Below, in pieces: positions 12,391 through 25,737 of a stretch of 64,000 nucleotides of DNA (position 1 is its first letter; the number at the start of each line of letters is the position of its first letter). Below the pieces are notes generated by a model. That model made no database searches. It was not told the origin of the DNA and saw nothing but the letters and a program-made list of their open reading frames with translations. The translations under genes were made by a program, and so were the position numbers. The DNA comes from Sphagnum compactum (Eukaryota), in NCBI GenBank assembly GCA_965153455.1, contig OZ234493.1:17536213-17600212 (forward strand), given 5' to 3'.

Positions 12391-15300
12391 AAGCAAAAGC
12401 TTTAAAAAAATCCTAAATTAACCTACAATAGTTATGATGGTTTTCAACACATCAACTTCATAATTTCACAAAAATTCATTTCACTATATTACATATTATT
12501 TAAGATAAAACATTATGTAATCGTTGTGTAGAAAAGCTTTTGATCTTTGTTGTGCAAAAATATTATGTGGAATTGCATGATCATAAAACAGACAAAGGTA
12601 GTGTTTACAATTTAACAACTTGACATGTAAACCCTATTTAAAAGGTAATTGCAAAATAACTCCTTGTAAAACTACAGGATTCAACAATCTAGTTATTAAA
12701 TTTAAGTAAAAAGGTTGTTGAGTAAAAAAGGAATGAAAAAAAGATGAAAACACATGAAAGTGTGTTTTCTATCTTCTTATTGTTTTGTAGCAACCGCCAT
12801 CCCACATTAGTTATTATCATGCTACCCCTATTGTCATTTGCAAATTTGGAAGAAGAGCTAAAATGCGTACAACTCTTTTGTAGATGATGCCTATCATCTA
12901 CAACACCTATAGACCTCTTATAGTTGCTACCGTCCATTTACAAGATCAATTTGCCCTCTACAACCCTTAAATCTAGTCATTACTTTCATGTTATTGCCTT
13001 TTACTGGCAATTACTTTCCTTCAACAACCCTACCTTCATAGTCTAATAGCAAGTACAATGAGTTTTCAAAAAGCTTGTTGTAATTTGTCTTTCATATTAC
13101 ATCGTATGGATTTGCCACCTTTTGATAAATGTTTTCTACACATCAACCATCAAACTTTTGAATATGAAACTACCAAAGTTATATCCAACCATTACAATAG
13201 GAACATGCCAAAAGAGTTGCATAATTACATGTATACAACAAAATGGTATTATCATTGACTTGTAAAATAGTAATATTTCAATATTTCACAAGATGTGAAA
13301 TGCAAGTGAAACAATGTTATGCCTTTTTGTAAATCAAATATAAATTTTTATTCAATGGAAATGAAACATCAAAAGTTTTTACAAATGTTCCAGAAGAATG
13401 AAATGAAACTTTTATATATCACATAATACCTTGGAAACTTCAACATTAATTATATTTATAAAAATGTTGAAGTTTTGAAACATGTTTTTTTAAATGAACA
13501 AAATTTTGTGAAGGAAATAGATTATTTATAGGAATACTCAAGAATTTATATTTATTTGACATGAAATCTTCAATTTAATTAATTATTCAATAGACATGTG
13601 TTGGAGTGGCCCTTGTATTACAATATGTCACCTTCAATTATGTGTGTGTATTCCATATAAGCTTTTATTTGAATCCCTTAAAAACTGAAGACTTGAAGTT
13701 GTGGAGGAGATTGTTGTACCTTGGATTCACCACCAAACTTTGAAAAAGGTTCTTGCCAACTTTTGTCACATCATTATGAAGGCCAAAATATGTTGGTATC
13801 ATATGACAAAGAAAGGATTTGGACATTGTTTCCAATGTCAACATGTAACCACCTTTCTAGCCAAAATATATTTTCTTTTTCATTGGTGTGGCTTGATGTC
13901 CATGTTTCTTCCCATTCAAAGGCAATGGTTTTCCCAACAACAATGCCATGAAAGAAAATGATAACCAAACTTGGATGTTTTAAAATGTCATCCTTAGGAT
14001 ATTAAACATTATGCATTGGTATGATCTACAAATGGAAAAAACAAGACCAACACAATTTGTCAAGTAATTTAACAATTTTTTATCTCATGGTATAACATCA
14101 TGGTTTTACATGTTCTTTGAACTACAACTTGCCCATGCATATGGCCCCAAAAAATGGGGGAACTTTAGTAAAAACAAGTAGAAAATACGTGAATAAAAAT
14201 ATAGGATGCAATATATTAGTTGTTGGGTAAAAATTATAAGTTAATTAGTTAAAAAATAGGGTACATTTTATTCAAATAATCAATTTAACTATAATATGGG
14301 GTATGTAATAATCTGAAATAATGAATTATAATTAATATAAGGTGGCTTTAATATGTGTATATATATAAATTAGATAATAATACGATGATAACAAATAGGT
14401 TGGACAATTATTTAATACCCCCCTAAAAAAGGTTGTTTAATGCAAGTAGATCCCAAATTTTACACTAAATGACCCCCGGGCCCCAAAATTCATCACAACC
14501 ACACATGCAAACACACACATGGTTTACATGTTATGCATTTGGGCTCCATGCCATTCTACATTATGACAATCAAATAACAAAAGGTTGGAATCGTTATTGA
14601 CCAATATTCCTTTCCAACTGTATTTCACTCAAGTTTTGACCTTGAAGTCACCCCCACACTTTGTGTGATTTTTTTCAAGTTGATAATTTCATCAGTCATC
14701 AAGTTTTATCCATATGTAAGTTAAATGTGTTAAATTTACTCCATGATTTTTTATCCATTTAAAATATCATTCAACTGTAAATTGATGTTTTCATTCAAAA
14801 GATTAATTTCATTGATGTGATCACATTTCATCCATTTGGTATATGTAATTGTTGATGTTTATTTGAAGTTTTGTTTCATCTATGTTGCCAATTTTCCTTT
14901 CTAAAAAAAGAAATTCCCACCTTCTTGTTTCCTTCTTTTTATCCTCCCTCCCAAAACTAGACCTAAATTGCAAATTATTGTGTTGAACATCAATTGTATG
15001 TATGATATATTTTCTTGTGAAAGGTCGGGGGGTTGTGTTTTAAAGGGGAACTAAAATTTAAGATGCAAACAATTACAAGGGTTGCAAGTATTGACCATAA
15101 AGAGGTGCATTGTTCCAAATTCCAAACCCATTACCTTTCACTTGATATTTAATGTAGGTATGTAGTATCTTTGTTCTTCAAAGTCCAATTTATGACACCC
15201 CCAAATACCTTTTCCAACTTTGAAGATGAATTTCATGATGGAATTGTCTATGGACAATTATACTTATTTAAACATATTTAATTCTAAATATATATTTTTG

Positions 15301-15449
15301 TTTGTAGCATCATAAGCCTAATGAAATAATAATTGAAATATGAATTACATTGAATTTATACCATAACTAAATTATAAGTTTTATGATTTTAATCTTTCAA
15401 CCTTAATCTTATAATATGATTGAAATCCTACAAAACGTTTTTATAAAAT

Positions 15450-16500
15450 TCATAAAGTTTCAATATTGTATGTGTGACATCACTTCATTTGAAATGAGTA
15501 CATTTGTTAACCTTATAATTTTTGTTTTTTTCAAATCCTTTGAAGCTCCATCATGATCATTCAACATGTTTTTGAAGTCACCATGTGTTTTCAAAATGAA
15601 TGCATCATTTGGTTGAAGGCCATTTGCCTTGTCCAAATCACTGAAGGTTCTTTCATAATCAATTAATTTACATTTGGCAGTTCCTCATAGTTGTAAAGTG
15701 AATGGATTGTTTGGTTCAAGAACATTTGCCTCATTCAAGTCCTTTAAAACTCCTTGATAGTCATTCATCATCATTTTGACATCTCCAAGTGTGTTCAAAA
15801 TGAATGTGGTGTTCGATTCAAGGAGATTGGTCTTGTTCAAATCATCCATTGTTCCTTCGTAATCTTTCGATTTATTTTTGATAGCTCCACGTGTTTGTAA
15901 GATTTATGCATCATTTGGTTCAAGAGCATTCACCTTGTCTAAGTCTTCTAATGATCCTTTATAATTGTTTAACATGCTTTTGACATTTCCCTGTGTTTTC
16001 AAAATGAATACATTATTTGGTTTGATAACGTTTACCTTGTTTAAGTCTTGCAAAGATGTTCATGGCACATTAGAATTTTCATGGGCATTAACTTATAGAA
16101 TTTTCCACATGCTTCCAAAACTTGTATATTTTTTGGTTTGATCAAATATGTTTCATTCAAGTCCTTCAATGTTTTTTTTGTAGTCATTCAATAAAGATTT
16201 GATGATTCCACGTGTCTTCAAAGTGATTACATTGTTTGGTTCAAGAACATTGGCCTTGTCAAAATCCTCCAAAGTTCTTTGATAGTCCTTCAACATCCTT
16301 TTGGTCTCTCCACATGTTTGAAAAACTATTACATTGTTTCAATTGTTTGGGTTGATAACATTTGCTATAATGTCCAATAATTACAATCTTTCTTCAAAGT
16401 TTTCCCACATCGTATACACTATTCCACCAATGGATGTAGTGTTTGGTTCACTATCATCCATCTTGTCTAAGTCGTCCAAGGTTTTAACATAGTTTTTCGA
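15450..16500 (-). pseudogene. TPR-array pseudogene, about 10 repeats of 34 aa (102 bp)
   Basis: Minus-strand translation gives repeats such as KRMLKDYQRTLEDFDKANVLEPNNVITLKTRG and DYQGVLKDLNEANVLEPNNPFTL. The PN motif recurs every ~102 bp. There are in-frame TAA and TGA stops and frameshifts. Confidence 0.85.
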
Positions 16501-16602
16501 TTGTTATAATTGTTACTTGAATAAAATTTGAACTGAATTACTTGCACATAGATTTTTAAAATATTTTCCATTAGCTCACCATTTAATAAGAGGAACAATT
16601 TG

Positions 16603-17553
16603 TGTCGCGTTCCCAAGTTCCTAGTAGACCCACTCGAGGGTCTAGGTGTATGGCAATGCGGAAGGAGTTGGAACTTGGAGCCCGATCCCGACTTCCAGCA
16701 CTAGAGGGGGGGTAAGAGGGGCGTGCTAGAAGTCCCGGGAAAGACTAGGAAGAGTTGACAAGCTTTGCTCACTCACACGGGCCTGCATGAAACCACACAA
16801 AGTGGTTAGAACTCATTCTGGGTCCTTTTGGTGTTGGGACAATCACGGGTGAACTCGGACTCACTTTGACACACCACACCCCGGGCTCGGGAGTAAGCCA
16901 CCACCTTACTCCCTATAGTATACTCTGTGACTCGTCGCGGGGGTGGCATCCAAATGGCCATTTTGTCCCGGGACTCCCGGGACTCCCGCGTGGGAGTCCC
17001 GAAATCGCGCATTTTCGGGACTCCCGCGACTTTGAAGCTTCATAACTTTCGGTGCAGACCTCCGATCGACTCGCCGTCTGAAGCAAAGTTGTAGGTCTCG
17101 TCGAGACCTTTCCAACGGTATGTCGCACGTTTTCTGCAGCCAAGTATTTCGGGTCGATTCCCGACTTTTAGTGGTCGGGAGTCAAAACTGGCGGACTCCC
17201 GGGAATTCGACTCCCGGGCCTTCTTTTGGCCATAACTTGTGTTTCAGATGTCCAAATGAGCAATGTGAGCCCATTTTAGACATCTACACTTCAAGAGCTT
17301 TCCATTGATATAAAGAGCGCAACAAGCCATTGAGTTTTGACCCCTCGAAACGCTCTTTGAAATTTCGGGAGTCCTTTTGGGACTCCACTCTCACCAACTC
17401 CCAACATGGGAGTTCACTTGGGAGTGTGAGGGTTCACTCCCTCACACTCTTTGCACTCCCGGGAGCATGTGATATGACTCCCGGGTCTACTTATAGGCCC
17501 GCACACTTGCGACCCCCTTGCCTTGGTCGCGAGCCAAGGCTAGGGTTGCGACA
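16603..17553. mobile_element. Solo LTR of an LTR retrotransposon, 951 bp
   Basis: TGTCGC...GCGACA termini (TG...CA) with a perfect 5-bp TSD ATTTG at 16598-16602 and 17554-17558. It is GC/CpG-rich against an AT-rich background and has no internal gag/pol. Confidence 0.9.
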
Positions 17554-19280
17554 ATTTGTAATGCTAGAAGTGCTAAGGACATGCCCCTTTCAAGATTTTG
17601 GGTTTTGGGACATGCAAAAATGTGTAAAGACATGTTTGCAAAACATTATGCATTTTATCCAATTACATAGCAATTGGTACACAATTATTTGAGATCTAAC
17701 ATGTTTCCTTTGTAATGTTATTTGTGTTAACAAAGTTGAATGACTTAGAATTTGTTCAATAGTTGGTTGTTGAATAGAACATATCCAAGTGTTGAAAGGA
17801 GAGACAAATGTCTAGAATTAATATCAAGTTGTTGACGTCCCTCCTATAAGGACATTAATTTGAAATAAGAATGACATTTGTGCATAACTCTTGTCTGGAG
17901 AAATTTCAATTCAAAATGTAAGGTAGTAATCAAAATATTGCTCCTCTAACTCATGTTCAACAAATCTTTTCAAAATAATTAATTGTTTGAAAAAAAAGAG
18001 GATTTGATAGTCCCAATTTGAATATTTCAAGCTTCAACAATAGTTTCTAAATATGTTGAATCCACTAATAAAATCCAAAGTTATCTTTTGTTTTGAATTG
18101 GGTTCAATTTTTAAGAATTTTGACAAATTTTTCTTAATTTTCACTCTTTTAGCTAGCCCTTTCAAAAGTTAATTTGTATAAACATGAGTCATAAATATAG
18201 TATATTATGCATAAACAACTTCACACTTGAAAACCCATTTCTCATGTTTGTTGATGGGACCATGCAAGTATAATTAATGTTTTTCCCCCTTTCCCTTTTG
18301 GTATCCTTGGTTATTACATACCTAGTTTGGAAACATTGATTTTTCAAGATTTGCATCACAAATACACTAATCAAAGTCCCCCCATAATCATGATGGTATC
18401 TCTTATGTACCTAGTACTTCATATGTTTCATTCCTCTTGTGTGCCCCAACTTCTGTGCTGCTTGTGGTTTGGGTTGTTGAATTGTGGGCCAGAGGAAAAG
18501 AGAAGCCTTGCTTTGAACCTGGCACCATTTTTTAATAGATTATTTCATGATATGCTATCAAATCGTACATGTCCGTTATGTTGGTAGGCAATCATTCTTG
18601 TCATTGACAGACCATAAAAGTTAGTTTGAGTTTTGAACTTGTCATAATTTTTTTGTTGTTTTGTGTCCATGGTTTAGATTACCAATTGTTGGGATGAATT
18701 CCAAATTTTTTTCAACTGTCATTTTGGCCTTTGAGACACATGACTTTTTTGAAAAAAAAGTGTAAAAACAACCTAGAATTTAGGCACAATTTTTTTGTTT
18801 AGATATCATTTTGGTCAAACTAATGAGGTGTGGCACTGGGTGGCATCATTCAGACTTGCTAATTCAGGTCAATGATCCTCACAACGGGATTGGTGTAAGG
18901 TAATGGCTAATGAACACAATCATTTGGGAAAAAAGCACCCACCCAAGGTAGAGGCAAAAGGCATTTGTTTTTTTAGAATGCTTCACTCCTCAAGTTTTAC
19001 CTACTTTTTTCTGATGGAAAGCACTTTCAGGAAAAATAAAATAATAATGAAATTTGTGATACCAGGCAAGTATCCATGGGTATACTGAAAGAATGAAATG
19101 CTAGTTAGAGTGGGCATTATGCTTTTAAAGACCCCTTGCCCTTTGTGGAGGAGAAATTACATTCCATAAGGGGCCCTCCAAATACACTAGAAATTTTTTG
19201 TGTGTGGTTTAAGTCTAAATAAAGGAAGCTAATTTTCAAGTGTTTGAAATGGATGATCATGTAAAGGACACAAGGCTTGG

Positions 19281-19935
19281 TGAGCATACCAGAGTTGTCA
19301 GATGATCCTTGGTTTTGAAAAGAATCTTCCATTTGATATGTGACTGTTTTTTGTTTTGGATAGAACCTCCTCTTTGGGTCCAAGAATTTTTGGAGTCTGG
19401 CCTGAATCATGACTGAGTCTGACTCTAGTTCCACCTACATTCCACATACCTCAAAAATGTTAAAGTTCATAATACTAGTTTCAATGTCTATTTCAATCGG
19501 CCCAAGACAAAATTTTGTGAAATACTAACTTTTGTACAAACAATTAAAAGTGGCAACCTGCCTAAAAGTAAAGTTAATTGTCAAGTGTGCTTGAATGGAT
19601 AGTCATGTAAAGGAAATAAGGGTACTGATGACCATACCAGTATTGTTTGGTTCTTGGTTTCCAACAGAACCTTGGGGGTTGGTTCTAACTCATTTTTGTT
19701 TTGGATGGAACTTCCTCTTCCGTTCAGAGAAAGATTCTTCACTTTCATGGGACCTTCAATTCTGATGTCTTTCTGAAAGACGTGAAGTCTGGCAGGAATT
19801 ACAACCCAATTTGATTTCACCTATATATTACACACACCTCAAAGTTTTGAAATTTTATAACCAGTTTATACACCTACCTCTTTCACAAAGATCCAAAATA
19901 TTAATTTTGCACAACCATTCAGAAGTGACCATCTA
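19281..19935. repeat. Diverged tandem duplication, unit about 350 bp
   Basis: Collinear motifs cataccag, cttggttt, ttttgttttggat.gaac.tcctctt, cacctaca/cacctata, acctcaaa and aattttg recur in both halves. Confidence 0.55.
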
Positions 19936-21209
19936 TAGGAAAATTAAGGCTTGCATATTACTCTTTTAAAAATGATAAAAATTTGACCTAGGATTCGGAA
20001 CTTGGGCATGGTCTATTTGATCCTAACAGGATTTTGAATTGGGCAACATGATTTCGGTGCTAATTGGATAATTTTAGCAGAAGGCCAGTGTAATTTCCTT
20101 GTATTTGAGGACAAAGCGGCTACCCAAGTGTCTAAGGGGTGCTGCCTTTGTGAGTTGCTAAGACAGCCTGTTGGGAGAAGACAGCATGTCAGCTCCCAAC
20201 TTCCAACTTGACCCCTTTTCCTCATGCTCTGTGAGAACCGTCAGCTACCCTGGTGGTTAGGGTTTCGAGGCTTTGTTGCTGGAGTTATCAATGCAAAATG
20301 AAAAAAATTCTGTATTGGACTACAACTCATTTTCAATTCCAGTTCAATGAAAAACTGTAGATCGATTACATGATGTAGTTCCAATTCTCATTTTAATGAG
20401 ATTTTGTAACTCTGATCCAAGGGTCTTGGAAAGACAACCAGATAATCAAGATGTTGTACCTCCAATCAAATGTCTTGCCCTTGGAAAGAGACGTGGACCA
20501 TTACATTTTTTTTAATTGTATTTTTGAGGGCACATTACCATGCATAATTTTCCCTCAGTGTCTTGGTCAAGCATTATGTTTTCAAATAGGCATTATGTCT
20601 TTCAAAGTGAACTCTATGAAAACATAAAGTTCTTGCTCCTTCCAAAATGTTTCTCCAAATAAGTCTTTTCAACACACTTGGCAGCCTGGCCCCACCTTAG
20701 GCAAACCCTTATTTTAGGATCTCCCCCAGTCCTTGAGTGGTATTAGACAGAATGTAGTAGCTATTGGATTAGGGGGGGATGCTCACCATATGATTCTTAT
20801 GTAAGGGACAGCCTTGGTAGTGGGGCCACTACACCTACTGACTTTTGCCCTCGGATTGCAGGAGTAATGCCCCAGTAGTAAGCTTTCCCCTATAAGTAAA
20901 GAATTGTACAATTTTCATAGCACATTTTGGGATGATGATAAGTCGAAAGAAAGATTGCATGAGAACTTACAAATCACATTAAGTGTAAGCCATAAGTTCC
21001 CAACTAAAGCTGGAAAATTAACTTTCAAAATTAAGAAAGTTACTTTTCATCTTTCTAACCTTTTTCTTTTCTTTTTCTTTTCATTTCTTTGAGAAATAAA
21101 AACAAGTAAACTGAGAGATTTTTTTTGTAAGAATTTTTTTTTTGTTCCTGTCCATGAAAAAAAAGGTCAACATGTATAGACCCTTAACAAATTTTGACCC
21201 TCAGCAGCA

Positions 21210-21450
21210 TACTGGCCTTGTGAAGGGTTTATACCAGTTTTGGTCTGGTGTATGGGTCAGGGACTGATATCAATATTGGTATGAACACTGATATCAAATA
21301 CCAGACCAGTCTAGTATGACCTAAGTCTGGTACCAGCTTAATACCAGTACCGGCTGGTAGGGGCTTAAGGTAATACCAGTCTCATACTAACCTTATACCA
21401 GTCTATATACCAGGCATATACCTGCCATATACCAGCTCAAAATCAGTATT
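21210..21450. repeat. Low-complexity TACCAG/CTGGTA array in both orientations
   Basis: Many ataccag, ctggt and ggtatg motifs, partly self-complementary. Confidence 0.6.
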
Positions 21451-23535
21451 GAGCCTATACACAAAACCTTCTCCTATACATAAACAGGGCAACATTAGAG
21501 GAACATACGAACATAGGTACCTGTGAGAAGTAGGCCTTTGATGTACCTCAGCTGCTTGCAAATGTGGTTGAAATTGGGTGAAATTGTTCATGCAGCGAGA
21601 CTCTTTCCGGTGCATCTTGAGTCTCCAAAAGTTTCTTGGAGACAAGTATACATTGTTGGCCGTTGAGTAGCGAAGCGGTATTGTTCTCTCCAACTTCAGA
21701 CCATAGTATTATGATTTTCTTGCAGAGATCTAGTGCAATCAAAAGTTTGGCTGCCATTGATGGACGTCAAAGAACCAACTTAGAGGCAATTTTGGACAAA
21801 TCCAAAGTGCAATGTTGTGGGCGCTGGCAGACTAGGCTTAGCCGATGCTAGATCCTCCTCCTTGGATACCTCTCAAGCTGGTGGTATTCTCTGCACCCAT
21901 CCCAATACCCTTTCAAACATCCCTGAATTTTCTCACAAACAAAAATGTGCGAGACCTAGTTCGGTATTAGGGCTCCCAAGTAACAGAGAGTTTGCAGCTC
22001 CTGGAGTATCGTACTCAAGCTCTGATCACTCGCTACTTTGAGTCAGGAAACAAACTCCAATGATCCTTCCGATACAGATCCGGTTAATTACATGTTTCTG
22101 GAACACAATCTCACTAGTATTGATGTTTCAAGATATTGAGTAATTGGGGCACATGAGTTGGGGATGAGAGACACCCTAGCTAGTGGCGAGACCCATACCT
22201 GTTGAGTTCTAGGAAATCGAAGAAAAGGTGGCAGTTGGACGGTGACCGACATTTCTTGTTGTTGCTTTGATGAGTTAGCTAGCCCTCTGGAAGTGTCCGA
22301 ACAGATTTGTAAACACTACCAGTGAGTGCACCAATCTTTACAGCAATTCACCATCAGCTCCCCTCTTCGGTGCACTAGATCTGAGCCATTACAAGATGTC
22401 ACTCCCTCAGATCCAGTTGGAACTTGGTACTATAATACAGATATAGTTTTAGGAACACATGGTCCAAGCCTGCTTGTTTTGGCATGAGAAGACATGCTAA
22501 TAACTTCGGTTTAAGAACTGGGGAGCGAAACACACACACCCACTGCTACAAGTATTTCTTCCAATTTGGAAATAAATGACGGTAGTTCGATGACGGAAAG
22601 GGTTGGTGTGGCTTTGAGCCAGATAGCTTTCCGAATGTATGAGAGCAAATCGGCGACAGTAGAATTAAAATGGAACTAGCCTTGACAGAGAATCGCAACA
22701 AGCCTGGCCTCCGTGCTGAACTGATCAGCCAAGTGAAAACTGGTCCGTTTGGATTCAGCGTGAGTAATGAATGCTAGAGCAGCGAACAACAATGTGGTAG
22801 AGCCGAAATTTAAGAGGATGGGTTGCAAGAGTCAATTGGGACTCCTTGTTCGAAAATGGTTCACAGTACTCAAAAGTGAAGCTAGTTAGAGACTTCCGCG
22901 TTACCGACTCCTAAGTTTCGTCTACAATATATTAATGTACGTCTGTTCTTTACTTATGTGAAACTTTTCAAATTAGAGGGACCTTACACAAATTAAAGAT
23001 ACCCTTCTTTTATTATTATTACTTGGCCTTCCCGTTGCTTCGCATTACCAGTGATGTTCAACTTTTTCTTTTTTTTCTCTTCTTATGTTCTCATCTGGTT
23101 TTCAATAGTTCATCATCATTATTATTACACAAGAAAAGTTATTAGTAAATATTATGAATATGAAATGGCACATGTTAATTTATTTTTTTATATCCATGTT
23201 CATCAGTGGAGGAAAGGAATGAGATGATTGTTACTAAAGGAGAAAAATAATTATGAAAAAAAAAGTGAGATAATTGGGTTTTCATATTCTATACCAGCTC
23301 CCAGAAAACTTATTATTGAAATTATTATTATGATTTTGGGATCTTCCACTTTTGTAAGGTCCCTCTATTTCAAAGTCAAATTCTGCCAGGGGAGGTGCCT
23401 TCAAGTACAAAGACCAAAATTTTGACTAGTTCTGTACAAAACAATCAAGTAGCCCGTTTGAGGGATTTTCCTGGGTGGGGCAGTGAGGGACAGTGAGCCA
23501 TCTACTAGTTCCACTTTTGCCGGGCTGTATGTTCC

Positions 23536-23722
23536 ACTTGTAATGTGAATACACTGTGGAGAATGCACTTGACATGTGAATCAACCTGGGGAAAACATAC
23601 TTGTAATGTGAATACTCTGTGGAGAATGCACTTCACATGTGAATCAACCTCGGGAAAACATACTTGTAATGTGAATACTCTGTGGAGAATGCACTTGACA
23701 TGTGAATCAACCTGGGGAAAAA
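23536..23722. repeat. 63-bp tandem repeat, 3 copies, itself a dimer of ~31-bp subunits
   Basis: acttgtaatgtgaatac starts at 23536, 23599 and 23662. Confidence 0.9.
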
Positions 23723-25188
23723 CAGGTTACGCTCTTGAACGGGCCCTGGTAGAACTGGTTACTAACTAACAGAATGGCAGCTTGCGTTAGGGGACTCACC
23801 ATGTTCTTAGGTGACTGCTTGCCTGGGTGGAACAGGCTCCTGGCTTCCATAGTAAGTTAAAGTCCAGTGTCAACAACTGCTGTCATTTTCACAGTCTACT
23901 CAGAGGGCACGTTACAACACTGAAAGTTCCTGTGCTGAGAGGAGGAACTTTTCAGATTTTGAATGTTTAGTAGTTGTCCTTTACGCACCATCAAGCCTTC
24001 TGGGGAGAGCATTCTCAGAATAAGGGCCTGCCTCGACTGCACCTCACACAGGCCCCTTGTTCTGAAAATGCCCTTCCCTAGGGCTTTACTTAACACATAA
24101 ATTATTGTACAATCAAGGTCTATGTTGACTATGCGGCCAGACATTTCTTGGGCTGGGGCCCTAGTGTGAAGCGCATCTTAGAAAACATGCGTGCATGTGC
24201 TAGACCTGCATCTTTCATGTGATCACAATAAGTTTTGGAGTCGGGAAAGTTTTTATCTCTAAGATGTTCCTTCTACCTATTTAAAAACTGAGGAGAAATT
24301 TGGGCACCTGTGGTGAAGTTCTCCCCAAAAATTAATTGAGGTAACTGAGCCACCAAGGGAGACACCGAACTGATTTCAGGAAGTCAGGCTAACTGGAGAA
24401 CATTCATATACGACCAGTGTTTTTTTTCTCAATTTCCTTATTGAGCCAGAGTGGTGAGCATTGCTAACCAGAGTTCGACTTAACTGGCGACCTTATTTCA
24501 AGGAACTCTTAAAACTATACCCAATAGACTTAAATGTGACAACACCCTCCCAAAAAAATAAAAAATCAGTTTTCTGTTGCCTTTTAGGCGAATTTCTTTT
24601 TTTAAGGAAAGGGAATTTGTGACAGAATAAATCTGTTTTTCTGAGAAAACTGTTTAGTCTTTTGGCGATTTCGGGGGCGGCTGTGGGTGCTTCACCCTAC
24701 TACCCAGGCTGGTTCGCCAGCAAGGTGCCTCATAACTATTTTTTTGGTGAGTTATGTTCAGCAATAAAAGTAATAAGAATTTACAATTTGATATTATACT
24801 AAGAATGAAGCTATTGTTTTGGCATGGCTGGCATATATTTTTCAGAATTATTGCCAATTCCAAAAAGATTTTAATTATTGCTTAATCAGTCTAGGTACTA
24901 GGGTAACTAATAGAAGCACGTGCCTGGAATTCATGCCCTTGCCATTAGCTTAGATCAAATATGGTGACCAAACAGTTAGGAATAGGATTCCTTCCCAACC
25001 AATGATGCAAGACAACATGCACTCAAGAGGCCCATTTTTTCCTTTTGGGGGAAAAGGGGAAGAAGGGAGGGGATGGCAGATGGGTTCTTTGCCAGATGCT
25101 AAATACCACTTAATGAGCTCTGTTCAGCACACTTTCAAGCTTGTCTTTTTGCACCTTGAGTGGTTTTGCATCAATCACTCAGCACAAA

Positions 25189-25566
25189 TCTTCATCTTCT
25201 ACATCATATATATTAATTCACTTGTTTGTCTGTGACGGTCTTGAAATGAGTCGCATCCGACCTGAAATGTTTCAACGCCCGTCTCGAAATATCATCCGTC
25301 TCATCATCCATCCATCCAAATTTCTCATCCCTGAAAAAGAAGATGATGGAAGAGGAGGAGGAAAGAGGAGGTCTGTCTATGATGGTCCTGAAATGAGCCG
25401 CACCCGGCCTGAAATGTTCCAGCACCCATCCCGAAATATCATTCGTGCCGTCATCCATCCATCCAAGTTCCTCATCCCTGAAGAAGAAGATGGAAGAGGA
25501 GGAGGAAGGAGGAGGACGAAGGCAGCAGCAGTATCATAGTGACCGAAGGTCGCGGGTAGCCACTAG
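25189..25566 (+). mobile_element. Non-autonomous Helitron of about 380 bp with an internal 147-bp duplication
   Basis: 5' TC after a host A; 3' hairpin GTGACC-GAA-GGTCGC (25539-25553) lying 9 nt before CTAG, followed by a host T. No TSD. The 5' end could instead be 25195. Confidence 0.75.
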
Positions 25567-25737
25567 TATAAGTTGTTTGACGTGTTCTGCTATCTAAGGT
25601 TGAATTCAAACTTGCCACCTCTCCCCCCCTAGAGAGAAAGTACCCACCAACATACTTTCAAACATTGCCAAAGGGCACTTTTTTTAATATTTAACATATG
25701 TGACAAAGTCATAGTAGTCAAACCATGTGGTAAAAAC

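Noticed and set aside
16806..17692. Several 60-120-aa ORFs
   Set aside because: They are chance ORFs in a GC-rich solo LTR with no gag or pol motifs.
25141..25539. 132-aa ORF with two internal repeats
   Set aside because: It is explained by the 147-bp duplication inside a Helitron-like element, and it lacks an ATG at the listed start.
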